In this document: in pieces, positions 47,428 to 57,678 of the stretch
Layout: the number at the start of each line of letters is the position of its first letter
How positions within the stretch are numbered: the first letter of the stretch is position 1
DNA from: an uncultured Candidatus Saccharibacteria bacterium
GTDB taxonomy: Bacteria > Patescibacteriota > Minisyncoccia > UBA6257
Assembly: GCA_964479005.1 (NCBI GenBank)
Contig: CAYZJA010000001.1
Location: forward strand, 1-64,000
Direction: 5' to 3'
DNA length: 64,000 bases
Notes under the pieces: model-generated
What the model saw: only the letters and a program-made list of their open reading frames with translations
Database searches by the model: none
What the model was told of the DNA's origin: nothing
Position numbers and translations under genes: made by a program

Positions 47428-47958
47428 ATGTGGAAGAAAATTCTTCGGGAAAATATAGAAATGATTTTTATCGCTATTCTTATAGTCGCTCCTATAAGAT
47501 ATTTTTTAATTCAACCTTTTATAGTTCATGGCAGCAGTATGGAGCCAAATTTCTATACCCAGGATTATCTCATTATTGATGAATTGTCGTATCGCTTTCG
47601 TCAGCCAACAAGATATGAAGTAATAGTTTTTAAAGCCCCTAATCATCCACATCAATATTATATCAAAAGAATTCTTGCTTTACCTATGGAAACAATAATC
47701 ATAGAAGATGGCAATATAACCGTACTTGATAGTTCTGGGGCTCAAATCTCTTTAGAAGAAAATTTTTTACCTAAGGCATCAAATACCTCAGGCAATCTTG
47801 AGTTAACCCTTGGAGAAAACGAACTTTTTGTTTTAGGCGACAATCGTTTGGCTTCTTACGATTCACGTAATTGGGGGCCCTTGGATGAAAAATTGGTAAT
47901 AGGCCGGGTATGGCTTCGGCTTTGGCCTTCACAAAGAATAATGGCTTATGGTTTATAA
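47428..47958 (+). CDS. lepB: Signal peptidase I
   Basis: Catalytic Ser box GSSMEPNF, Lys box KRILALP, and GDNRLASYDSRNWGPL. Confidence 0.9.
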   Translation: MWKKILRENIEMIFIAILIVAPIRYFLIQPFIVHGSSMEPNFYTQDYLIIDELSYRFRQPTRYEVIVFKAPNHPHQYYIKRILALPMETIIIEDGNITVLDSSGAQISLEENFLPKASNTSGNLELTLGENELFVLGDNRLASYDSRNWGPLDEKLVIGRVWLRLWPSQRIMAYGL

Positions 47959-49252
47959 AAGAAAATTTTTTCAAACGCTTCGCGGAATGAAAGATATCTT
48001 GGCAAAAGATTGGCTTTATTATGATTATATTTTATCTAATGCTAAAAAGATTTTCGAATTTTACGGTTTTCAAAGAATAGAAACTCCCATATTAGAAAAA
48101 GCCGAATTATTTACCAAAGGAATAGGTAAAAAAACAGATATTGTAGGCAAAGAGATGTATATTTTGAGAGCCAAAGAAAATAAGGAATTATTGGCTCTTC
48201 GGCCAGAAGGAACAGCTTCAATAGTAAGGGCATATATAGAAAAAGGGATGTTTAATTTGCCTCAGCCAGTCAAGCTTTATCATTTTGGTCCTTTCTTTCG
48301 CCATGAAAAACCACAAGCCGGCCGTTACCGTCAATTCTATCAATTAGGAGCGGAAATAATTGGGGAAGGTTCTCCAGCCACTGATGTAGAAATAATTATT
48401 GCTTCAAAAGTTTTTTTAGAAAGCTTGGGATTTAAGCAAAAGAATATTTGTTTATCTCTTAATAGTATTGGTTGTTCTGAATGTAGGCCTGTCTATATAA
48501 AAGAATTAAAAAAATATTATAGAAAATATATTAAGCAAATCTGCGCTGATTGCCGAAGGCGCATAAGAGAAAATCCTTTAAGGGTTTTAGATTGTAAAAA
48601 TGAGAAATGTTTATCTATTAAAAATGGCGCTCCAACTTTTTTAGATTACCTTTGTTTAGAATGTCATAGCCACTTTAAAGATATTTTAGAATTATTGGAT
48701 TATTTAGGCATTTCTTACATACTGGACAAAACATTAGTCCGGGGGTTTGATTATTACACAAGAACTGTTTTTGAATTTTCTCTTGGCAGCGAAATAAAAA
48801 GCATTGCTTTAGCTGGTGGTGGAAGATATGATAAATTGGTAAAATTTTTAGGCGGAACATATAAACCGGCTGTTGGCGTTGCTTTTGGCGTTGAAAGATT
48901 GATAAATGAGTTGATAAAAAAAGGCAAAGAATTAGTTTTGCCAAAACCAAAAATATTTTTGGTGCAAATAGGAGATGCGGCAAAGAGGCAATCTTTCAAG
49001 CTTTTAGAGCAATTTCGTAAAGAAAATATTTTTCTTGGGGAGAATTTAGGAAAAGAGAGTTTAAGGGCTCAATTAACAGCTGCCAATAAATTAAATGTAG
49101 ACTATGTTCTTATACTTGGACAGGAAGAGGTTTTAAATGGTATGATAATTTTGAAAGATATGGATTCAGGGCTGCAAGAATTAATTCCTCTGGAAAAGAT
49201 AATCAATGAAGTTAAAAAGCGATTAAAGAAGCAGAAAACAAAGAACAAATAA
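47948..49252 (+). CDS. hisS: Histidyl-tRNA synthetase
   Basis: Class II motifs (ALRPEGTAS, FRHEKPQAGRYRQF, GGGRYD) and a C-terminal anticodon-binding domain. Confidence 0.9.
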   Translation: MVYKRKFFQTLRGMKDILAKDWLYYDYILSNAKKIFEFYGFQRIETPILEKAELFTKGIGKKTDIVGKEMYILRAKENKELLALRPEGTASIVRAYIEKGMFNLPQPVKLYHFGPFFRHEKPQAGRYRQFYQLGAEIIGEGSPATDVEIIIASKVFLESLGFKQKNICLSLNSIGCSECRPVYIKELKKYYRKYIKQICADCRRRIRENPLRVLDCKNEKCLSIKNGAPTFLDYLCLECHSHFKDILELLDYLGISYILDKTLVRGFDYYTRTVFEFSLGSEIKSIALAGGGRYDKLVKFLGGTYKPAVGVAFGVERLINELIKKGKELVLPKPKIFLVQIGDAAKRQSFKLLEQFRKENIFLGENLGKESLRAQLTAANKLNVDYVLILGQEEVLNGMIILKDMDSGLQELIPLEKIINEVKKRLKKQKTKNK

Positions 49253-49279
49253 CAAATAACAAATAACAATTTGTAAGAT

Positions 49280-49495
49280 ATGCCTATTACAGTAAAAAGA
49301 AGACAAGGAGAAAATCAGAATTCTTTTCTCGGCCGAGCCTTTAAGATTATAAAAAAGAGTGGTGTGCTTTTGGAAGCTCGAAAAAGAAAATATTACCATT
49401 CTAAACCGACTAAAAGAAGCCAAAAATTATCAGCTCTTCATAAAATAAAAGTTCTCAAAGAAGTAGCTATTAAAAGAAAAAAGGGGATTCTTTAA
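49280..49495 (+). CDS. rpsU: 30S ribosomal protein S21
   Basis: MPITVKRRQGENQNSFLGRAFKIIKKSGVLLEARKRKYYHSKPT... S21 pattern. Confidence 0.85.
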   Translation: MPITVKRRQGENQNSFLGRAFKIIKKSGVLLEARKRKYYHSKPTKRSQKLSALHKIKVLKEVAIKRKKGIL

Positions 49496-49504
49496 CATAA
49501 AACG

Positions 49505-49990
49505 ATGGTTTTCAAGCATGAAGTTTTAATATATAATTTAGATAGACAAAATATCCCTTCTAAAAGATTCTTTTACGGCATTGTTGAGAAGTCCTTAATC
49601 GTTCTAAAAGAAAACAAAAGAATAGTTTTATCTTTAATTTTTGTCAATTCTCAAAATATTCGCCGGTTAAATAATTATTGGCGAGGAAAAAATAAAGAGA
49701 CCACTGTTCTTTCTTTTCCCTTGAATGAAACTCTTCCGCTAGAATTAGGAAAAAAAGAAAAAATACTTGGGGATATTTTTCTTTGCCCTGAAGAAATAAA
49801 AAGACAAGTTAAAATATTCAATGTATCCCTGGATTCTTTTTATCAAAAATTAGTAGTCCATAGCCTATTGCATCTTTATGGGTATACTCATGATAAAAAG
49901 GAGAACAAGTTGAAAATGGAACGTTTAGAAAATAAAATTCTGCTCACTCTGGCTCCCAGAATTTTGTTTTCTCGCTTTGCTCAAAAATAA
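49505..49990 (+). CDS. ybeY: rRNA maturation endoribonuclease YbeY
   Basis: Zinc motif HSLLHLYGYTHD (HxxxHxxxxxH). Confidence 0.85.
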   Translation: MVFKHEVLIYNLDRQNIPSKRFFYGIVEKSLIVLKENKRIVLSLIFVNSQNIRRLNNYWRGKNKETTVLSFPLNETLPLELGKKEKILGDIFLCPEEIKRQVKIFNVSLDSFYQKLVVHSLLHLYGYTHDKKENKLKMERLENKILLTLAPRILFSRFAQK

Positions 49991-50045
49991 AATTCTACAG
50001 GCAATTAATGAGTAATTAATAATTTGTAATTGGAAAATAACAAAT

Positions 50046-51254
50046 ATGCGTTCTCATATTTTAGCAATAGATTTAGGCACGTCTAATATGAAAGCTTTAG
50101 TTGGAAAGCAAGATTCTGACAATTGGAGTGTTGTTTTGTCTGCCCATAGAAAATCTCGCGGCATTAAAAAAGGAGAAATTGTGGATATAGAGGGAACAGC
50201 TGAGGAATTAGATAATTTGGTGGCAGAAATAGAAGGAATGCTAAAGAATGTTCATTTTAAAGAATCCATTATAGGCATAGGAGGTCCTAATATAAAAACC
50301 CGTCTTTCTAAGGGTGTGGCCGTAGTTTCACGGCCAGATCAGGAGATTACTGAGGAAGATAAAGAAAGGGCAGATAAAGCTGCCCAAGCTTTTGCTCTTC
50401 CATCTAACAGAACATTAGTTCAAACTGTTTCAAGAAGCTACATTGTTGATGGAGTGGCAAAAGTAAAAGATCCAGTAGGAATGAAAGGATTAAAAATTGA
50501 GACCGAGTGCCTTTTAATTGATGCTTTTAGCCCTAATATTAGTTATATTAATCGTTTAGGCGAAATAATTGGTTTAAGGCTTGATCCAAAAATTATTTTA
50601 CCATTTGCAGGGGCAGAAATTGTTCTTACTGACCAAGATAAAGATTTAGGGGTAATTGCTTTGGATTTAGGCGCTGGAACTACTAGCGCTTGTGTTTATG
50701 AAAATGATGAGATTTTGGATTTGCAGGTGTTTTCAATGGGAGGGGATAATATTACAAATGATATTGCAGTAGGCCTAAAAACTTATGTTGATATTGCTGA
50801 AAAAATAAAAGTTAATGAAGGTGCGGCAATAAAAAAGAAAATTAGCAAGAATGAAAATGTAGATTTAAATATTTACCTGGAAGAAACTGAATCTAGCGAG
50901 AAAGTAAGTAAAAGATTTTTAGCGGAAATTATTGAAGCTCGCTTATCAGAAATTTTCGATTTAGTAATAAAAAGATTAAAAGAAATTGATCGCTTTGGAA
51001 AACTTCCTGGCGGCGTGGTTCTTTATGGCGGTGGGGCTAATATGCCTTTTATTGTTGAGTTAGCAAAAGAAAAATTCAAACTTCCTGTAAGATTAGCTAA
51101 TCCGGATATTGAATGGTATAGAGAAAACCCAGATTTATCTTTTATTCCTGTATTGGGATTACTTAACTTGAGATTTCAAGCAGAAAATGGTCCGATTCCC
51201 ATGGAAAATAAGATTTTTCAAAAAATTAGGAATTTTTTCAATGGCCGTTTATAA
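50046..51254 (+). CDS. ftsA: Cell division protein FtsA
   Basis: Actin-fold ATPase: ILAIDLGTSNMKALVG, IALDLGAGTTS, VVLYGGGANMPF. Confidence 0.9.
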   Translation: MRSHILAIDLGTSNMKALVGKQDSDNWSVVLSAHRKSRGIKKGEIVDIEGTAEELDNLVAEIEGMLKNVHFKESIIGIGGPNIKTRLSKGVAVVSRPDQEITEEDKERADKAAQAFALPSNRTLVQTVSRSYIVDGVAKVKDPVGMKGLKIETECLLIDAFSPNISYINRLGEIIGLRLDPKIILPFAGAEIVLTDQDKDLGVIALDLGAGTTSACVYENDEILDLQVFSMGGDNITNDIAVGLKTYVDIAEKIKVNEGAAIKKKISKNENVDLNIYLEETESSEKVSKRFLAEIIEARLSEIFDLVIKRLKEIDRFGKLPGGVVLYGGGANMPFIVELAKEKFKLPVRLANPDIEWYRENPDLSFIPVLGLLNLRFQAENGPIPMENKIFQKIRNFFNGRL

Positions 51255-51310
51255 TATCAAATATTAAACATTAAACTTTTAAACTGACAGCGTAGCATTA
51301 CAATAATTTT

Positions 51311-52540
51311 ATGAAAAAACAAAAAAAAAGAGTACTAATAGAAAAAAAACAGAATAAAGGGTTAAAACATAAACAGAAGCCAAAACAGAAATTGGTTGAG
51401 AAACCAAAACAAAGATTGAGGCCAATAAGGAAGAAAGCAAAGGAAAAGGAAAAGAAGAAGTTTTTAACTAAAAATATTCGTGTAAAAATAGTTGGTGTAG
51501 GGGGAGCTGGTGGAAATGTAGTGACAAGGATGAAAGAGAAAAAGATTGAGGGAGTAGAGTTTATTACTATTAACACTGATACTCAAGGTTTGCATAATAC
51601 AAAGGCAGATATTAAATTACAAATTGGAAAAGAAGTTTGCCGCGGGTTAGGGGCTGGAATGGACCCAACAAGGGGAAGAGAAGCGGCAGAGGAAAATATT
51701 GAAGAAATAAATCAGATAATCCAAGGCGCTGATATGCTATTTCTTACATGTGGTTTGGGAGGAGGAACTGGTTCAGGCGCTTCGTCTATTATTGCAAATT
51801 TGGCAAGACAATCAGGAGCTTTGGTGATAGCGGTAGTAACAAGGCCGTTTGTTTTTGAAGGAGAAAAAAGGTTGGAAATTGCCGAGGAGGCATGGAGCAG
51901 GCTTTTCAATGAAGTTGACGCTTTAGTGACAATTCCTAATGATAGAATTTTTAATATTATTGATGAAAAGACGCCGATTCTTGACGCTTTTATTAAAGTT
52001 GATGATGTTTTAAAGCAGGGAGTGGAAGGAATGGTTAATTTAATTGCTTATCCTGGTTTAATTAACTTAGATTTTGCAAATTTAAGAACAACTTTAACAG
52101 AGGCGGGAAGCACTTTATTGGGGATAGGAAAAGCAAAAGGGCAGGAACGGGCGAAAAAAGCGGCTCAATTAGCTATTTCCTCGCCTTTATTAGATATTTC
52201 TATAGACGGGGCAAGACGTGTTCTGTTTAATGTGGCTGGCGGGAAAGATATGTCATTAGTGGAAATTCATGACGCGGCTCGAGTTATTACTGAATCTATA
52301 GCAAAAGATGCGCAGGTGGTTTTCGGCGCTAGTTTTGATAATGATCTTAGGAAAGGAGAAATGAAAGTTACAGTTGTAGCTGGAGGTTTTGGAGAAGAAT
52401 TTAAAGAAACCAGTCGCGTTTTACCATTAGAAATAAAAATTCCTGTGAACGAAGAAGAAAAAAAAGAAGAAAAAGCAAAAGAATTTGAGATTCCCGCTTT
52501 TCTCCGAAGAAAAAACAAGAAAGACGACGAAGAAGAATAA
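51311..52540 (+). CDS. ftsZ: Cell division GTPase FtsZ (with a ~55-aa Lys-rich N-terminal extension in the longest ORF)
   Basis: GVGGAGGNVV, GGGTGSGAS tubulin signature, T7 loop NLDFANL. The extension depends on start-codon choice. Confidence 0.92.
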   Translation: MKKQKKRVLIEKKQNKGLKHKQKPKQKLVEKPKQRLRPIRKKAKEKEKKKFLTKNIRVKIVGVGGAGGNVVTRMKEKKIEGVEFITINTDTQGLHNTKADIKLQIGKEVCRGLGAGMDPTRGREAAEENIEEINQIIQGADMLFLTCGLGGGTGSGASSIIANLARQSGALVIAVVTRPFVFEGEKRLEIAEEAWSRLFNEVDALVTIPNDRIFNIIDEKTPILDAFIKVDDVLKQGVEGMVNLIAYPGLINLDFANLRTTLTEAGSTLLGIGKAKGQERAKKAAQLAISSPLLDISIDGARRVLFNVAGGKDMSLVEIHDAARVITESIAKDAQVVFGASFDNDLRKGEMKVTVVAGGFGEEFKETSRVLPLEIKIPVNEEEKKEEKAKEFEIPAFLRRKNKKDDEEE

Positions 52541-52544
52541 TAAT

Positions 52545-52592
52545 AATCAAGAACCAAATAACAATTAACATTTTTGTTAGCTGTTAGTTGTT
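52545..52592 (+). promoter_or_regulatory. ATAACAAT/TAACA block plus the inverted 19-mer TTGTTAGCTGTTAGTTGTT, 26-44 nt upstream of the nrdD start
   Basis: Exact reverse complement of 30498-30516. Confidence 0.45.
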
Positions 52593-52617
52593 CATTCTTA
52601 ATTTATATTTTATTTGT

Positions 52618-54729
52618 ATGTCCCCAAAAAGAAAATTTCATAATCATATAAAGCAAGTAGAAAAAAGAACAGGGGATATTGTTCTTTTTGATAAAAAGAA
52701 GATTGAGGAAGTTGTTTACAAAGCTTTAACAGCCACTGATGAAGGTGGTAAAGTTTTATCACGGCAATTATGCACTCGTGTAATAAAAATTTTAAACAGG
52801 AGATTTAAAAAAGAAGAAATTCCTACTGTAGAACAGATTCAGGATATTGTTGAAGAGGTTTTCATTTTAGAGAATTTGGTGGAAACAACAAAAGCTTATA
52901 TTTTATACCGTGAGCAGCGCAAGAAAATAAGAGAGAGTCGCATTGTTTCCGAAGAAGCAATAAGTTTAGTGGATGAATACTTGAAAGAAAAAGATTGGGA
53001 GGTAAAAGAAAATAGCAATATGGCTTTTTCTTTGCAGGGATTAAATCATTATGTTGCTGCTTATGTGGCAAAAAAATATTGGTTAAGGAAAATTTATCCG
53101 CCAGAAATTAGGGAAGCAGCTGAAACAGGCGATTTTCATATTCATAATTTGGATATTTTAGCTACTTATTGCTGCGGTTGGGATTTATATGATCTTTTGT
53201 TAAAAGGATTTGGCGGGGTTTTTGGCAAGATACAATCCAAACCTGCAAAACATTTTCGTCCTGCTTTAGGCCAAATAGTTAATTTTTTCTATACATTACA
53301 GGGAGAAGGGGCTGGTGCTCAGGCTTTTTCTAATTTTGACACTTTGTTAGCGCCTTTTATTCGTTATGATGATTTAAATTATAATGAGGTAAAACAATCC
53401 TTGCAGGAGTTTCTTTTTAATTGCAATGTTCCGACTAGGGTAGGGTTCCAAACTCCATTTGAAAACATTACATTGGATTTGAAAGTTCCAAATCATTTCA
53501 AAGACTTGCCTGTGATAATTGGCGGTCAGTCCCAGAAGGAAACTTATAAAGAGTTTCAGAAAGAAATGGATATGCTTAATCAGGCGCTTTGTGAGGTTTA
53601 TGTAGATGGTGACGCCAGTGGCAGAGTTTTTACTTTTCCCATTCCCACATATAACATTACTAAAGATTTTGATTGGAATAATCCAATTTATGATGGAATT
53701 TGGAAGATGACGGCAAAGTATGGCATTCCATATTTCTCAAATTTTATTAATTCTGATATGAGTCCTGACGATTCACGTTCAATGTGCTGCCGACTCAGGC
53801 TGGATAACAGAGAGCTTTATAAACGCGGGGGAGGATTGTTCGGAGCAGCGCCCTTAACAGGAAGTATTGGCGTAATAACCATTAATATGCCTCGCTTAGC
53901 ATATTTATCAAAAACAAAAAAAGAATTTTTCCAAAGATTAGCTGATTTAATGGATTTAGCAAAGGTTAGTTTAGAAATAAAAAGGAAAGTTTTGGAAGAT
54001 TGGACAGACAAGGGGCTTTATCCTTATGCGCAACATTATTTAGATGGAGTAAAAAAGATGAGGGGTTATTATTGGGGCAATCATTTTTCCACTATCGGAT
54101 TGATTGGAATGAATGAAGCTTTGCTTAATTTTTTGGGAATAAATATTGCAAATAAGAAGGGCATAGAATTTACTTTAGAAGTATTAGATTTTATGCGCGA
54201 TAAATTAGTAGAATATCAGGAAGAAACTGGAAATATGTATAATTTGGAAGCTACTCCTGCTGAAGGGACATCTTATCGTTTGGCGCTAAAAGACAAGAAA
54301 AAATATCCTGATATTATTACTGCAGGGGAAAAAGAACCTTATTATACCAATTCCACCCAATTGCCTGTAAATTATACAGATGATTTATTTGAAGCTTTGA
54401 AATTGCAGGATGAATTACAAACAAAATATACTGGCGGTACGGTATTTCATGCTTTTTTAGGGGAGGCAGTGTCTAATTCTGAATCAGTAAAATCTTTAAT
54501 TAAGATTGTTTTTGAAAAATTCCGTTTGCCGTATTTTACTCTTACGCCTACTTTTTCTGTTTGTCCTATTCATGGATATATAGCAGGGGAACATTTTATT
54601 TGTCCAAAATGCACAATAGAACAAACTTGCGAGGTTTATTCCAGAATTGTCGGATATTTGCGTCCTGTACAACAATGGCATAAAGGAAAACAAGAAGAAT
54701 TTGGAGAACGTTCCACCTTTAAAATATAA
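52618..54729 (+). CDS. nrdD: Anaerobic ribonucleoside-triphosphate reductase (class III RNR) with N-terminal ATP-cone
   Basis: ATP-cone KRTGDIVLFDKKKIEE...; glycyl-radical motif SRIVGYLRPV near the C-terminus; Zn ribbon CPIHG...CPKC. Start set at the ATG at 52618 (MSPKRK). Confidence 0.88.
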   Translation: MSPKRKFHNHIKQVEKRTGDIVLFDKKKIEEVVYKALTATDEGGKVLSRQLCTRVIKILNRRFKKEEIPTVEQIQDIVEEVFILENLVETTKAYILYREQRKKIRESRIVSEEAISLVDEYLKEKDWEVKENSNMAFSLQGLNHYVAAYVAKKYWLRKIYPPEIREAAETGDFHIHNLDILATYCCGWDLYDLLLKGFGGVFGKIQSKPAKHFRPALGQIVNFFYTLQGEGAGAQAFSNFDTLLAPFIRYDDLNYNEVKQSLQEFLFNCNVPTRVGFQTPFENITLDLKVPNHFKDLPVIIGGQSQKETYKEFQKEMDMLNQALCEVYVDGDASGRVFTFPIPTYNITKDFDWNNPIYDGIWKMTAKYGIPYFSNFINSDMSPDDSRSMCCRLRLDNRELYKRGGGLFGAAPLTGSIGVITINMPRLAYLSKTKKEFFQRLADLMDLAKVSLEIKRKVLEDWTDKGLYPYAQHYLDGVKKMRGYYWGNHFSTIGLIGMNEALLNFLGINIANKKGIEFTLEVLDFMRDKLVEYQEETGNMYNLEATPAEGTSYRLALKDKKKYPDIITAGEKEPYYTNSTQLPVNYTDDLFEALKLQDELQTKYTGGTVFHAFLGEAVSNSESVKSLIKIVFEKFRLPYFTLTPTFSVCPIHGYIAGEHFICPKCTIEQTCEVYSRIVGYLRPVQQWHKGKQEEFGERSTFKI

Positions 54730-54732
54730 ATT

Positions 54733-55428
54733 ATGTTGTTTGGCGGTCTACAAAAAACAACTTTAGTTGATTATCCGGGGAAAGTGGCAGCTACTGTTTT
54801 CGCTGTTGGCTGTAATTTTCGTTGTCCATATTGTCATAATCCAGAATTAGTTTTACCAGAATTAATAAAAAAACAGCCAAAAATTACAGAAAAAGAAATT
54901 CTTGATTTTTTAAAAGAACGCCAGAAATTATTAGAAGGATTATGTATTACTGGAGGAGAACCCACTATTCAACCTGATTTAATTGATTTTATAAAAAAAG
55001 TAAAGGATTTGGGTTTTTTGATAAAATTAGACACGAATGGTTCTTGCCCAGATGTTTTAAATAGTTTAATCGAGGAAAAGTTAATAGACTATGTGGCAAT
55101 GGATATAAAAGCGCCGAAAGAAAAATATGAAATTTTTAGTGAAGATGAGAAGATTATAGAAAAAGTTAATAAAAGTATTGAATTATTAAAGAAAGATAAA
55201 ATTGATTATGGATTTAGAACAACTTTGGTGTCTGATATTTTAGATGAGCAGGATATTTTGGCCATTGTTAATTGGATAAAATTCGCTCCTCATTATTATC
55301 TTCAGCGTTTTCAAAAAGGCAAGGTTTTGGATGAGAAATTTCAAAATGCCCAACCGTGGTCAGAACAAAGAACAAAGCAACTATTAAAAAAAATAAAACC
55401 GTATTTTTCCAAATGTAGTATAAGATGA
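54733..55428 (+). CDS. nrdG: Anaerobic RNR activating enzyme (radical SAM)
   Basis: CNFRCPYCHNPE CxxxCxxC cluster motif and a G-rich SAM motif. Confidence 0.88.
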   Translation: MLFGGLQKTTLVDYPGKVAATVFAVGCNFRCPYCHNPELVLPELIKKQPKITEKEILDFLKERQKLLEGLCITGGEPTIQPDLIDFIKKVKDLGFLIKLDTNGSCPDVLNSLIEEKLIDYVAMDIKAPKEKYEIFSEDEKIIEKVNKSIELLKKDKIDYGFRTTLVSDILDEQDILAIVNWIKFAPHYYLQRFQKGKVLDEKFQNAQPWSEQRTKQLLKKIKPYFSKCSIR

Positions 55429-56819
55429 CGCTCTCGGCTTCAAAAGTATTTCGTCAATGCGGGGCGTCTTTTTTAATTGGTGTAATTTTATCTTATTACT
55501 TTTCCTTATCTGTTGTTTTCTTCTTTGCTTTCTTACTTTGCGTTTATCTTTATTATAAAAGAAAAGAATTTATTGTTTTGATTTTAGTTTTATTAAGTTT
55601 ATTTTTAGGGGGATATCGATATTTTGTTGTTTTTAGAGAATTAAAAAATACTGCAATTGTGGAAGAAGTGCAAATAGAAATCAAAGCTCCAATTATTGCA
55701 GAGCCTATTCTTAAAGAGAATTATCAAAGAATTATCATCTCAAAAATTGTTATCTATGCAGATAGATATCCTCGTTATCATTATGGGGATATTATAAATA
55801 TTAAAGGCAAAGTTAAACCCTTTTCTGACTTTCGTTCATATAGCTCAATAATTGTTTCTGGAAGAATGAGTTATCCCTCAATTGAGCTTTTTTCTCCAGC
55901 TAAATTTTCTTTGAGAAGAGCCGCTTTATTAGTAAAAAATAAAATTACATCATCTTTACAAAAAATAATTCCTGAACCCAAATCCAGCCTTCTTATTAGT
56001 TTAATGTTTGGCGCTAAAAATAATTTAACGTCTATTTTGGAAGAACAAATAAGAAGATGTGGTTTATCTCACGTTATTGTCGCGTCTGGCCTTCATTTAT
56101 CAATAATAGCAAAAGCGCTTTCTGGTTTTCTTGATATTTTATGTATGAGTAATTCTGTTAATTTTATTATTTCTTTTCTGTTTATATTAAGCTTTGCTTT
56201 TATGGCAGGTTTAACTCCGTCTATTATTCGGGCTGCTATTATGGCGTCTTTATTGATTTTATCCCGTTTCAGTTTTCGTCTTTACAATTCCTTTAATGCT
56301 CTGCTTTTAGCTGCTGTGATAATGATTTGGTTAAATCCTTTGGTTCTTTTTTGGGATTTGGGTTTTCAACTTTCTTTTTTAGCTACTGCAGGGATAATTT
56401 TTCTTTATCCTATATGGAAAGAAAGTCCATTTTGGCAACAAGATTGGTTTAATCAAAAAGGCCAGATTATCAGGGAAACAGCTCTTTCTACATTTTCAGC
56501 TTTAACATTTGTTATTCCTTGGGTGATATTTAAAATGCAGGTTTTTTCTCTGGTTTCTCCAATTACAAATCTTTTAATCCTTCCTTTGGTTCCTTTAATA
56601 ATGGCAGGCGGAGCAATTGTAGCGATTTCTTCTTTATTGTTTTATCCATTAGGGCTTTTTCTCGGGGCTTTGCTTAATTTAATTCTTGCCTATTTCCTAA
56701 AAGTTATTTCATTATTTTCTTCTTTGCCTTGGTCGCAGATTTATATTCCATCCATTTTACATTGGCTCATTATTCCTTATTATATTTTTCTTTTCTTCTA
56801 CATTCGCAAAAGAACATGA
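55425..56819 (+). CDS. comEC: ComEC/Rec2 DNA-uptake channel, membrane portion (DUF4131 + competence domain)
   Basis: Polytopic. Conserved ISLMFGAKNNLTSILEEQIRRCGLSHVIVASGLHLSII. Confidence 0.8.
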   Translation: MTLSASKVFRQCGASFLIGVILSYYFSLSVVFFFAFLLCVYLYYKRKEFIVLILVLLSLFLGGYRYFVVFRELKNTAIVEEVQIEIKAPIIAEPILKENYQRIIISKIVIYADRYPRYHYGDIINIKGKVKPFSDFRSYSSIIVSGRMSYPSIELFSPAKFSLRRAALLVKNKITSSLQKIIPEPKSSLLISLMFGAKNNLTSILEEQIRRCGLSHVIVASGLHLSIIAKALSGFLDILCMSNSVNFIISFLFILSFAFMAGLTPSIIRAAIMASLLILSRFSFRLYNSFNALLLAAVIMIWLNPLVLFWDLGFQLSFLATAGIIFLYPIWKESPFWQQDWFNQKGQIIRETALSTFSALTFVIPWVIFKMQVFSLVSPITNLLILPLVPLIMAGGAIVAISSLLFYPLGLFLGALLNLILAYFLKVISLFSSLPWSQIYIPSILHWLIIPYYIFLFFYIRKRT

Positions 56820-57640
56820 AAAAACTTTTTAAGTATTTTTTAATAATTTTCATTTGTGCCAACATTTTTGCTTATTGGATTATTCTTGATTTTCTTTATA
56901 TGCCTAAAGGTGAAGTGAGTTTTTTATCTGTTGGACAGGGTGATGCTCAACTTATTCAAATTTTAGCTGGCAATATTTTAATTGACGCTGGCCCTGACGC
57001 GAAAATTCTTTCTGAATTAGACAAATTATTGCCTTTTTACGACAGGACAATTGATCTATTTATACTTTCTCACCCTAACAAAGACCATCTTAATGGTCTG
57101 TTTGATATATTGGAAAGATATAAAATTAGGGCTGTAATGCTTAATAATTTATCTTATTCTAGTTCTTTGTTTCAAAAACTGCTCCAAGAATTAGACAAAA
57201 GAGGAATATTGATAATTAAGGGAATAACTGGTGTAAATGTAAGTTGGGAAAATCAAGACAATCTTTTATTTCTTTATCCAGATACAATGGTTTCTTCCAG
57301 GCAAGATCCTAATAAATTTAGTTCGGTTAATATGTTATTTTTGGGACAAAATTGTTTTCTTTTTACTGGAGACATTAGTTTTGCCCAAGAAAAGAAAATC
57401 CTGCCTTTGCTTTCCTGTTCTAATGATAATTCTCACATACTAAAAGTGCCGCATCATGGTTCTCGTTATTCATCTTCCAATCTGTTTTTAGAAAAATTTA
57501 AACCTCAAATAGCGGTTATTGAGGTAGGGGAAAACAGTTATGGTCATCCACATCCTGACACGCTTGAGCGTTTAAAAAACATTGGCGCTCAAATCTTTCG
57601 CACTGATTTAGACGGTACAATCCGTTTTAAAATTAAATAG
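56816..57640 (+). CDS. ComEC-type metallo-beta-lactamase domain protein, encoded separately from the channel
   Basis: GQGDAQLIQ...IDAGPD, HPNKDHLNGL, HHGSRYSSS MBL motifs. Start set at the ATG at 56816, which overlaps the comEC stop (ATGA). Confidence 0.75.
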   Translation: MKKLFKYFLIIFICANIFAYWIILDFLYMPKGEVSFLSVGQGDAQLIQILAGNILIDAGPDAKILSELDKLLPFYDRTIDLFILSHPNKDHLNGLFDILERYKIRAVMLNNLSYSSSLFQKLLQELDKRGILIIKGITGVNVSWENQDNLLFLYPDTMVSSRQDPNKFSSVNMLFLGQNCFLFTGDISFAQEKKILPLLSCSNDNSHILKVPHHGSRYSSSNLFLEKFKPQIAVIEVGENSYGHPHPDTLERLKNIGAQIFRTDLDGTIRFKIK

Positions 57641-57678
57641 TTGCCTAATAACGCTTTTTATTATACAATAAAAACATT

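Noticed and set aside
51298-51576. Minus-strand ORF over the ftsZ 5' region
   Set aside because: It is the antisense translation of the A/G-rich low-complexity stretch encoding the Lys-rich FtsZ extension.
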